Below are positions 9,723 through 19,153 of a stretch of DNA of 20,000 nt, one piece after another (within the stretch, counting starts at the first letter, position 1; each line of letters begins with the position of its first letter). The position numbers and the translations under genes are program-made. The notes beneath the pieces are model-generated. The model had not been told where the DNA came from and did no database searches. It saw nothing but the letters and a program-made list of their open reading frames with translations. Origin of the DNA: Asterionella formosa (lineage: Eukaryota); the NCBI GenBank assembly GCA_002256025.1, contig NKIB01012713.1:52443-72442 (forward strand), written 5' to 3'.

Positions 9723-12700
9723 CTATCTCATGTTCACCATATCCTCAAGCTGTGTCTTCAGTGCTTGCTCTGTCTCGTATTTGGTACGAAAATACTTGAC
9801 TTGCGCAGTCAAGATCACAATCTGTTTCTTCAATGCGACCGTACTCTCTGCCGCTTCTGAATTATCCTCTCTTGCTGCAACCCTATGCTTGTCATAATCT
9901 TCACCATTTGCTCGACTTCCCATCTGAGATAGCACCACTTGTCCTCGTGCTGAATTGCCTGCAACTTCAACCGCTTTGAGAGTCTCTATCAAACCCATTG
10001 CGTGGCTCTCCGAAGAAATTAATTGCTTCTTTGTTCCCTCCAACTCCATTTCAAGCTTAGATGACTTCGTCAGAGACATACTCAACGCTTCCTTCATTTC
10101 ATCCATGGTCTTGATAGCCTTCTCATATTCGGCACGGACAACGTCGAGTTCTGATTTCACGTTGTCTTCTTGGAATAAAAGAGAAATCTCAGTCTTGTCA
10201 GGATCTGTCATTAGTCTTTCTTGATGAGTTTCGTGTGGACAATGGTCACTTTGTCCTATGAGGGCCAAGCGAGTGTTGGCAGCTGCGACTCCTATCTTGG
10301 CATCATTGCATTGTTCCCAAGCCGTCTTGAGTTCCTGTCTGAAACGATTGTTTTGAGCCCGCAGCACAGCGACTTCATTATGGAGGCGCTGATGGCTTTC
10401 CCTTGACGATGCGTCAGTTATTCTGCTATCCTGACATGCAGATTCGTCCATTTGAAGGGATTCCAGTTGACGACTTAAAGCCCTGATGTCGGAATCCTTA
10501 CTGGCAAGTGACTTTTGAAGTCTGGAAACTAACTCATTGCTGCCCTTTTTCGTGTCTTCCAGTTCTAATCGGAGACTCTTGATAATGGTTTCGTGAGAAA
10601 GAACAAGGGCTGTCTGCTTCACAAGTGAAGCCTTCAAATTGTCAACTGCATCAGTATCCCTAAGCTCCCTTTTTTTTAACTCTTGGATGATTAAATTCAA
10701 GCGATTGATCTCGTTTTGCATTGGAGAGCAACGATCATTGACTACAGCATCGTCGATCTGATCTCCTTCACCTTCTTCCACCTTTCGACGTTGGAACTTT
10801 ATCTCTTGCAATTCCAAAGTCAGTTGAGAAACAAGATTTGATTTCTCCCTTATCAGGGCGTCATTAGCCTTCACTCTTGCGGCAAGTATCCCCGTCGCAA
10901 CTGACTCGTGAGCTTGTGTTGGGATTTCAGAAGTCGTTACGATCGTATTATGTCGAGAAATCCATTGACCGGGTGGTGGGCCACCTTCGTCCTTTTCTTC
11001 TTCTATTCGTCTTTTCTTGCTTGCAGGCTTCTTCCTAACTGGAGCCTTTTTAATAGCACGAACTGGTGGAACAAACTTTACCAGTGTATCTGGCCCAGGT
11101 ACCAGGTTCACCTCCTTCTTATTCGAGCATCTAATCTTATCGCTTTTTATCCTTTTGAAGGGAACACAACATAAGACACCGTCGGGTAGACAGCTAGCTA
11201 GTATGGAGAATTCCCCGAGCATCAGGGGCTTCTTAATCGAAGGATTCATTATCAATGCATCAACCCTGCGCTTGACAGATCCAACCAAGGTGCTCAACTC
11301 CGTTTTAGAATGCTCGGTGTAACGCTCAAGAAAATAGGTATAATAAACTTGCGTGAATGCGCCAATCCAATGGTATAAATTTTCTTGATGGCAAGCACCT
11401 TCAGTCGAAAACGCCAAGTCCTGTTTAGTAGGGGTCAGCGGTAACCTTCCATGGAAGTCATCCAAAATAATTGTCAAACCCTGAGCATACATCGTCCCTC
11501 CAGAATCCAAATAGAGTAAACCACGAGCATCAGCGTGCTTTTTGATAAGTCTTCCAGATTTCCTGGAGTGTATAAGAAGCGAAGCCTTCATATTATCTTT
11601 ATGTCGATTAGGGTCAAATCCCAAGTATAGATTATACTCATTGTATTTCTTTGGATTGTACCAATCATCTGCTGTTGTCCACGGATTAATCGGATCAACA
11701 TGGAGTGTAAATCTATGAAGTTCAGCCAGCCGGCGTTCCCAGTATTGAAAGGTGATGGAATGCTCGTTGACACGTACGTCAAAATCGGCGGGAACATGTA
11801 AGTAATGCTGTGGAAGTTCCGACTGAAGGATCTCCACCAATTTGTACGGTCCGTCCTTGCCTCGACAATTGTGTGCAACAACTAGAAAGACATATTGTTC
11901 GCCACCCCATTTGGACAAGTCTTGCAAGTGCTTGAGAACACGCTGTTCTCCGTCAGTTGCGTTTCCGTTTCCGTATTCTGTCATGCAATACCGCAACTCT
12001 TTGTCGCTATTTACCAATGCGGAAAGTTCTTCCGCTATAGTATCCTCGTTTAGCCTATAACTTGGCAAGAAGAGGCTTGTTTGTGTCTGCAAACCTTTGG
12101 CAAGAACTCCAAGGCCGATCTTTTTTCTATTCTTGATGCATACCCAACTCAAATCTGAAATAGCAGCGCATGCTTGCTTTACACCAATACCGTTCTCCCC
12201 AATGGCTTCGACATCATTAATTTTGGAGGAACTGTATGCTTCTAGGACTTTCTGAATATCCTGTGGCCGGTTTCTACAGTTATTCTTGATGCATATTCCA
12301 GTAATTTGATCTCGCTGCATGTCGACATCACCGTAAATGTGGATCTTACCCTTAAAACTGTGTGTGCTCATAGTGGCATCCATAGCATTGTCGATCAAGT
12401 CCAGGAGTGCCAAAAGCCCAGAAGTAAAATTTCGTTCCCATGATTTCCACATCCCAATACCGCACACAATGGACGACCTAGCATCAGAAGTGCTAGGGGG
12501 GAGAATTTCAGCTTGGGATGGAGCGTGATCAGGCACGATTGCCATGCTGGTGTTTCCAACTTGCGGTTCGTGTCTATCTTCCTCGCCGCTGTTGTCGTTG
12601 TCCGCATAAGTAGGCGACATGCCGGGGTGAGCGGTGTCCATTTTTGTGGTGAGGGCGAATAATTCAATGTTAGTAGCTGTTGGGAATGGAAAAGCAGTTC

Positions 12701-12773
12701 CGAGCCACAACAAAAGAAAGGAACAATTCGCCTCGCAAAATAAAGTAAGTGCAAGAAGTACCGGTTTGCACAA
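9723..12773 (-). CDS. MORC-family-like GHKL ATPase/S5-fold protein with long C-terminal coiled coil; probable true start at ATG 12641 (972 aa)
   Basis: 1016-aa uninterrupted ORF. It has a GHKL motif I-like ALLDLIDNAMDA (12375-12410), a G2-box-like IGENGIGVKQ, MORC S5 signatures (LLIHSRKSGRLIK, LPLTPTKQDLAF), a basic NLS-like KKAPVRKKPASKKRR and a heptad-rich C-terminal ~380 aa. ATG 12641 has the context ACAAAAATGG. Confidence 0.85.
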   Translation of the reverse strand: MCKPVLLALTLFCEANCSFLLLWLGTAFPFPTATNIELFALTTKMDTAHPGMSPTYADNDNSGEEDRHEPQVGNTSMAIVPDHAPSQAEILPPSTSDARSSIVCGIGMWKSWERNFTSGLLALLDLIDNAMDATMSTHSFKGKIHIYGDVDMQRDQITGICIKNNCRNRPQDIQKVLEAYSSSKINDVEAIGENGIGVKQACAAISDLSWVCIKNRKKIGLGVLAKGLQTQTSLFLPSYRLNEDTIAEELSALVNSDKELRYCMTEYGNGNATDGEQRVLKHLQDLSKWGGEQYVFLVVAHNCRGKDGPYKLVEILQSELPQHYLHVPADFDVRVNEHSITFQYWERRLAELHRFTLHVDPINPWTTADDWYNPKKYNEYNLYLGFDPNRHKDNMKASLLIHSRKSGRLIKKHADARGLLYLDSGGTMYAQGLTIILDDFHGRLPLTPTKQDLAFSTEGACHQENLYHWIGAFTQVYYTYFLERYTEHSKTELSTLVGSVKRRVDALIMNPSIKKPLMLGEFSILASCLPDGVLCCVPFKRIKSDKIRCSNKKEVNLVPGPDTLVKFVPPVRAIKKAPVRKKPASKKRRIEEEKDEGGPPPGQWISRHNTIVTTSEIPTQAHESVATGILAARVKANDALIREKSNLVSQLTLELQEIKFQRRKVEEGEGDQIDDAVVNDRCSPMQNEINRLNLIIQELKKRELRDTDAVDNLKASLVKQTALVLSHETIIKSLRLELEDTKKGSNELVSRLQKSLASKDSDIRALSRQLESLQMDESACQDSRITDASSRESHQRLHNEVAVLRAQNNRFRQELKTAWEQCNDAKIGVAAANTRLALIGQSDHCPHETHQERLMTDPDKTEISLLFQEDNVKSELDVVRAEYEKAIKTMDEMKEALSMSLTKSSKLEMELEGTKKQLISSESHAMGLIETLKAVEVAGNSARGQVVLSQMGSRANGEDYDKHRVAAREDNSEAAESTVALKKQIVILTAQVKYFRTKYETEQALKTQLEDMVNMR

Positions 12774-12828
12774 TGGTACAAGGGAACCGGTAGCGGCATG
12801 GCGGTATTCTGTATAATTACCTGGTGCA

Positions 12829-12929
12829 TCTGCAAGTTGCGGTCATTTTGCTTAAACAAACGATTTAATACAGGATAAAGAAAGCTAAACGTTTAGTTTC
12901 TCCACAATTACATTACAGCAACTTGCTGG
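12829..12929 (+). mobile_element. ~80-bp MITE family, copy 1 (with ~20-bp internal insertion)
   Basis: TCTGCAAGTTGCGGTCATTTTGCTTAAAC...CAGCAACTTGCTGG followed by TA; homologous to 13205-13282. Confidence 0.75.
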
Positions 12930-13080
12930 TACCAGGGTATCTGGTACTACAGGTACCAGGTGGTATCCTCACGAAGACGATCATAAGTACATCAGACTTG
13001 TTAGGTTTCTACTTACAACCTGGTACCCCGGAGTAACTGGGGTGCTCGGAGTACTTTCGAACCAGGTGCCACACCAGGTT

Positions 13081-13158
13081 CCAGCAAGTTACGGTAATTT
13101 AGCTATCTTTATCCTGTATTAAATTGATTATTTAAGCAAAATGACCGTAACTTTCAGA
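13081..13158 (-). mobile_element. ~80-bp MITE family, copy 2 (inverted)
   Basis: CCAGCAAGTTACGGT...ACCGTAACTTTCAGA; its reverse complement matches copies 1 and 3. Confidence 0.75.
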
Positions 13159-13204
13159 ATCACTGGCATCCGGTAACCGGTAACAAGTAACTACACTGAG
13201 GATA

Positions 13205-13282
13205 CCAGCAAGTTGCGGTCATTTTGCTTAAACTAACATTTTAATCTAGGATAAAGATAGCTAAATCACTGCAACTTGAAGG
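13205..13282 (+). mobile_element. 78-bp MITE, copy 3, flanked by TA (Tc1/mariner-type TSD)
   Basis: TA-CCAGCAAGTTGCGGT...ACTGCAACTTGAAGG-TA: imperfect ~15-bp TIRs, with TA at 13203-13204 and 13283-13284. Confidence 0.8.
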
Positions 13283-13812
13283 TACCCATGGTAACCTCAT
13301 ACCTGGTACAGTACCTGGTACCAGGTAGTATAATGACCACGTACCCTCGTTTGATTTTCTGACGAGGTCGATGAACAGCATTTTCAAGCTCTAGACATAC
13401 TGGTATTTCATATTCATTTATTTTACAATACAAAAGCAATACCGGTCCACTTCAGTTTTACAGAGATCCCAAGAACCAAGAAATGTAGTTCTCATGATAT
13501 CGCCATAGCCAATACACCTGGCAATCCATCCAGCAAGTCACCCGATACCATGTACGTGGTCGGTATGACCAGCGCCAGTAATAGTATCATACATGTGTGC
13601 ATGGAGGGAGGCAGGAAGGTCCGGTAATCAGCGAATTGCGCGCACAATATACTAAAAATTCCACGTAGCAGTTTCAACCTACTTCATTGGACGTCTGTCC
13701 AGCTCACCAATTCCGAAATGATGAAAATCTCAAATTATTTCAATTTATTAGATTACCTGTAACCGTTATAAACTTTCAAACAGAAAAGCGCTGCCACCTT
13801 TCACCACAGAAT

Positions 13813-14330
13813 CGCTGACTACCAACTTCAACTTGCTGACTGCGGACTTCTTGTTGCTAAGTGCTGACTTGATTTGCTGAAAATTTGAAATATTCGCTGA
13901 CTGCTGACTTTGTTTGCTGACTGCTAACTTCAACATGCTGATGTCAAACAAGCTACTTTATACATAGGAAGAGAAGAACTATCAATACCGGTGCACAAAT
14001 CATGTCTGCTTTTCATATTAGAATAACTATGGAAACGCATCATCTTTTTGTTGTTGGGATACTGAAAGCAATGCTTTCTACATTCATACTATACTATTGG
14101 GAGTAACATCAACATACCTGGTACCTGGTACTCCATACATGATTATAAACTGTGAAATCAAAATTGATGCCTAAAAAATTCATTGCTATCTACTTCCTGA
14201 TGTTGCTACCACCATGTACCAGCCAGTACTATCATAAAAATGCTGACTTCAACTTGCTAACTGCTGACTGCTGAATTGATTTGCTGAAAATTTGAAAAGA
14301 TCGCTGACTGCTGACTGTTGACTTCAAGTT
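13813..14330 (+). repeat. Two homologous blocks of TGCTGAC(T) heptamer repeats (~13813-13940 and ~14241-14330)
   Basis: Both blocks share ACTTCAACTTGCT.ACTGC and TTGATTTGCTGAAAATTTGAAA....CGCTGACTGCTGACT. Confidence 0.8.
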
Positions 14331-14676
14331 CATTTTGACAATAAAACGAGTAATGGCTTAACGTCTACGTAAACGACTATTGGAGTGGCGCAAAATTTAG
14401 GGGTTCAACAATTTTTGGGGTGTACCCCTTCCTTTTTCTCGTACGTGAATCGATGAACAGAAAACGAGCAACCTGCAGGCTATGTGTGCTGATTACCAGA
14501 CCTTCCAGGAGTGTTTGGTTTACTTACACACTGGGTACTCGTATGTAGTACTCCCACCAGGTAAACATCCTGGAAGTATCATATACCCGGTATGTGCATT
14601 ACCAACACATCAAATGAAATACCAGCAATAAATAAATAAAACACTAACGCCTTTTATATACCAGGTACCACTTAAA

Positions 14677-14886
14677 AACTGTAAGCCACCATTATTTTAC
14701 TCTATCTTTCGACTGATAATATTTATGTAATTCAACGATCAAAACTTGATGCAAGTACAAAGCTTATGTTAGACAATGCTCTCTGCTATACTATTGAGGA
14801 ATCAGTTTTGATTCTGTGTATCTAGCCATGAAGAAAAAAAATTTCCAAAAATCGCTAATATTATTGCATAGCGGTGGCTTACAGTG
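14677..14886. mobile_element. ~210-bp MITE with (C)ACTGTAAGCCACC TIRs
   Basis: Perfect 13-bp inverted repeat ACTGTAAGCCACC (14678-14690) / GGTGGCTTACAGT (14873-14885) around an AT-rich non-coding interior. The right end reads CACTG on the minus strand. No TSD identified. Confidence 0.65.
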
Positions 14887-15084
14887 CATATATTTTTCTA
14901 CCTGTACAGGTATATATTTTCCCCCCAAACCGTGTTTATTTTTACTCCGTTAATACTACAAAAATTATTTTCTTATTACTTTACGTTTTACACTTTTGCA
15001 GGGCAGCATCATCGTCGGAGAATTCTTCTGATGCATTACATAAATCTCGAGCTTCTTTGCATCCAATTACTGGCTGGCGGAGTC

Positions 15085-15722
15085 TCAAACTTCATCACGG
15101 AATGGTGGATCGGCAGTAGCAGTTGTAGAAAGAGAGGGAATAGCAACAGGAGGAGGTGCAGTAACAACAACCACAGAAATAGGAGGTGTATGGAGAGGAA
15201 ATGGCGGCTGCTGGTCACCACGGTGATTGGTGTCGTCGAATCTTGTAATCAGAGCTTGCCTTGTTTGTGGAACCGGCAAATCACCTGATCGTTTGTACCA
15301 ACGCACCATTAATTTCAATTCTGGCACAAACATCTGTTCTTTTGTTTTGTTCTGTTCCTTCAATGTAAGTACTTTTCCGCGAAGTGTATTGAATTCTTGT
15401 TGCCTTTTTGTTTCTTTTGTACTAATGACAATGTCTGAAATTCGCTTCTGTTCCAGTGTAGCAGCAAGAATATTTGGCCCAAGAAGGGCAAAGGTTTGTG
15501 CAGAGGCCAGTAGTCCTGCTGTTATCCTCTTCTTGTGTCCCTCACTGTGTGAATCCGCTGTCTCCTTTCTCTTTCTAGCTTGGGCCTCCCGGTCGATTCC
15601 ATTTCGCACATCCTCACGTTTGCAAAACTCGTTAATTCTTCCAACAATTGTTCCAGCAAAGCTAGTTTGGAGGTTTAACTCATCAGGAGGGAGAGTGGCA
15701 GTCTCTGTTGGCGCATTGATGT
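15085..15722 (-). pseudogene. C-terminal fragment of a probable pogo-like (DDE_1) transposase
   Basis: Open frame ...PPDELNLQTSFAGTIV...KKRITAGLLAS...ELKLMVRWYKRSGDLPVPQTRQALITRFDDT. It resembles from memory the C-termini of diatom pogo-like transposases. No catalytic domain is present and it is 5'-truncated by the Copia fragment. Confidence 0.5.
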
Positions 15723-15724
15723 CC

Positions 15725-16237
15725 TTAACTGCTAATACAGCAGGCTATCATGGTGCACATGCTGTTCTTCATCATATGAGTCCTGCTCCACCACACGCCA
15801 TTGCTTCATTTTCTCTCACTGGTTTGGCCGTCTCCGCTCAAGGAGTTACTAACACATGTTCTTGCAACAACATTCCCCCGGGATACTGTTGGACGCATGG
15901 TCTTACAAAAAACCATGAACACACTAGCGCCACATGTGCAAACCCTGTCTCGGGCCATCAAAAAACCGCCACACTTGACAAACGCATGGGTGGCAGTGGT
16001 CGCATGTTTAGTGATGGAACTCGACGCAACCGCCCTTCCGCTAGTCTCACCAATGCGGCTATCAACCCCATTCCACCTGCCTGACCAGGAGGGGAGCAAG
16101 TCATGCTATTGGATAATACTAGTAAACCTAGTTTATCTGCTATGCCCAGCCACTTGTCCCCCCATCACGTTAATTGCAGATTCTGGTAGTTCCGGCAACT
16201 ATGCCACCTTGGACCTACATCTACAACGCCGATTACT
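15725..16237 (+). mobile_element. Ty1/Copia (diatom CoDi-like) retrotransposon fragment: gag C-terminus plus start of aspartic protease
   Basis: LTANTAGYHGA...YCWTHGLTKNHEHTSATCANPVSGHQKTATLDKRMGGS (gag zinc-knuckle-type motif), stop TGA at 16082-16084, then LIADSGSSGNY (protease D-S-G motif). No integrase, RT or LTR was seen. Confidence 0.8.
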
Positions 16238-16946
16238 GGTACAGCCGCCACAAAAAAAACGCTAGTCAAATATGATCACCCAAATTAATTATTTGGGTGG
16301 CCCAATATGACGAATTTAGCTACGTACATAATTTAAGGGTATGACATCACAAAAAAATATGATGCATCATACAATATATATGAACGCAGTGAACTAAAAT
16401 AGTTTCGACAACTTCCATAATTATTTTAGAAACCCACATAATTTTTGGGGACAACTGACAATATTTTCTTGCGACATGAAGAAAAATTGGTTCAGTAATA
16501 ATCTCTATAATACGGTACTTTTCTCTACAATTCGCAACATTTCCGTTCACAAATATTCTTCACTCTGTCTACCATTAATTCTGTTAGTTTGCTCCCATTT
16601 TATCTTGACTTTGATCTCATTAATACCTCAAGGTTAAAAATATATATATGCTAGTCAAACAAATAGTTATGTGTAACCAATTTATTTTTTTCAATTTCAT
16701 TCTACAATCGCAAAATCAATCAATTAATCGCTTTGCTATATAGTTTATATTGATACTTTCTATAGAACGTGATTCTCAAACCAATACGACAAGCAATGGA
16801 TGTTCATTCTTGCAGCTGGATGCTGTAACTAATCGCAAGATTGCTTGGCTACTCATAGTACTTGCAGGAATCCCTGTTAGTACTACCGGTAGATCAATTC
16901 ATAGCAAATGAGCCGGCTGCTCATTCTCATTGCTCGGATTGATTGT

Positions 16947-18331
16947 CTTTTGTAGAAAGAGGGAAGAATTTGCAGAGTGAGTTGATGAGAAAAAAAATTA
17001 CGAAGCCATGATTTTGGTTCTGCTGTGCTCCTTACCATGTTCCCCAATGGCCAACCCAGCCCTGATCATATGATTGTCTGCGATCAGTGAACAACAATCG
17101 CAGAGTGAGTTCACGAACAAACAATCGTTACAAAGGCATCATTTTCGTTGTGCTTAGCTACCATGCCGCAGCCTGATTCCCAACAAATCTCTCGCTCAAC
17201 AGATTGATTGTCTGTAGACAAAGAACAGCGTTTGCAGAGTAAGTTCGTGATCAACAAGCAAGTAACAAGCACACAATCAAGCCCTTTTTATAATTCATTA
17301 CAAATAGCAATTCATGCGCTAACAATTCCGAACAAAGACGAAGGAGAATAGGAGAGGAGATCCGCCCACAACAAGCAACAGCAAACAATATCAGCAGAAG
17401 GCAAGAAAACATTGCACTTGCTTACCATGTATATATTCATCCCCTTTGCATCAGAGGAATCATTTCGACAATGCGAAAAACAAATGATTGATAGCCTGCC
17501 TGACACAGAGCACAACACATTTCATTCTTCCCGAGGTTCAACCCTGCCCTGCCAAAAACAGTTTGATTGTCCGTAGGAAAAGAACAAGGTTCACAGAGTA
17601 AGTTCATGACTTGACCACTGTTCCAATTCCAAACGGAACAAGAAAGAGGAAGAACGAAATGGAGGTAGAGGAACTACAACAACAATCAAACATAGTTCAG
17701 AGCACAAGTCGAAGAACACGATGGTGCAGAGCAACAAGAGGAAGAACAACAACAATCTAACACATGACCTGTCTCCATTTTCCAAAAAATTAACTGCTTA
17801 CCATATATTTCTCGAACTTTCAGATGCATCCTTTTTGTACTACTGACAAGGAATAACAAAATAATTGCCTGTCTGTTTCTTCCAGAACCGGCCCGCAACA
17901 GAGTCCTCGTTGCTTTTTTGGAAGTGAAGAACATGATTCACAGAGTAAGATCATAGTAGCTGTTTAAACTCACACAAGACCTTTTTCTATTTCTTAACAA
18001 ACAATGCATATTCAGTTCAAACGGAGGGCAAAGAACAATCAAGAGAAGGGTATACAGCCACAGTAACCACAATGCACAACCAGCCAGCTCCTTGTTTCCA
18101 ACAATAAGATCCAAAGGGATAACAGCAGAAACAACAGATAGCGACAATGTCAATGACAACGACAACAATAAACACACACGACAACAATAAACACAACCAC
18201 AATGCATAATGCATTTTACCACGAAAGTGATAATTTGTTCCTTCACCACGTTCTAGCCAGTAGCTGTTTTCCATTAAAAGAAACCTGGTGCGGACGGTCC
18301 TCCTCCTATACCTTTGCATTGTACTAGCCAT
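16947..18331 (-). pseudogene. Decayed multi-intron gene built from repeated exon-intron modules
   Basis: Intron-like units at 18219-17913, 17801-17571, 17425-17212, 17161-17078 and 17035-16947. They have TG|GTA donors, a shared CTYACTCTG branch-point region and AG| acceptors (mostly AG|ACAATCA; one mutated to GG). Confidence 0.5.
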
Positions 18332-19153
18332 GTGTACATTCTACATAACAAAAAGCTGGTGCGCAGTCTATGCTTTGTCAGTCAGTATACTTTTTGGCGA
18401 GCAATGCAGACCTCACGAAAATCTGACGAACATGGTGAATCGTCACGATTTTCAACGTTGTGATTTGCAAAAGGTTAGTACCAGTAATGCCGCTAGATTG
18501 CACTACATAGGATGTCTGAATTAATTCAACTATTTTTCCCACCTTTTCGGAGCGTCTATAAGCAAAACTACCGCTACAATGAAGACTCCAACAGGAAAAA
18601 TATCTAGCTGTAGCAAATCTATCGAATATACGAGTTTTTTTACACAGAAATAGCTGTTGCATGTATTCGCGTTCATCTGATGATCATGTCATTGTAGTCG
18701 GCCTGAGTAGCAAATAAAAGCTGCAACCAAAGCTATTTCTTTTCGGAAAGGCTACAATTTGTCTACAATGATTATTTTATCAAATGAAATTCGGTTAACA
18801 AATCAAATCCAAAGAAACGTTGGTAGATATGTTTTATATATACTGGCACCCGTAGTTCTATAGAAAAAGGAGTCGCATACCGGTACTATATTAGTGTTCA
18901 TCGAATATCGTTGTAGTCAGTCGAAAATGAGAGGTATTTCCGAGATACTTCAAATAGTAAACAGTCATATCTCTAGCAAGTGGCTGGCCTTAGTGAAAGT
19001 AGCATTGGATGTATAGCTGTGTTAAATCGAATTGAATGAGATAATTTATTTTGTGGTTTTACAAATGATGGATCAAATATCTATATCGGCCGTTGTCTCT
19101 TTCTATTAAACAAATATCGGTACATAATCGCTATTTAATCGTGTTTTATCACC

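Noticed and set aside
12642..12773. Hydrophobic N-terminal 44 aa of the 1016-aa ORF as a signal peptide
   Set aside because: More likely 5' UTR: ATG 12641 has a better context and the protein looks nuclear (NLS-like patch). Not excluded without transcript data.
9723..12773. Prokaryotic MORC/restriction or defence operon
   Set aside because: No operon structure or partner nuclease/methylase genes; the surroundings are eukaryotic transposons.
9955..12859. Short ORFs overlapping the MORC-like gene
   Set aside because: Antisense or alternative-frame shadows with no recognisable motifs.
13480..13720. GC-richer patch with a 61-aa minus-strand ORF
   Set aside because: The frames I translated gave no recognisable protein motif and contained stops.
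16937..17960. Spaced repeats as a CRISPR array
   Set aside because: Repeats are degenerate, spacing is irregular (~130-370 bp), there are no cas genes and the context is eukaryotic; splice-signal structure explains them better.
17630..18200. ACA/AAC-rich tracts and Leu/Cys/Val-rich minus-strand ORFs as membrane proteins
   Set aside because: The composition reflects GT-rich intron-like bodies on the minus strand rather than coding sequence.
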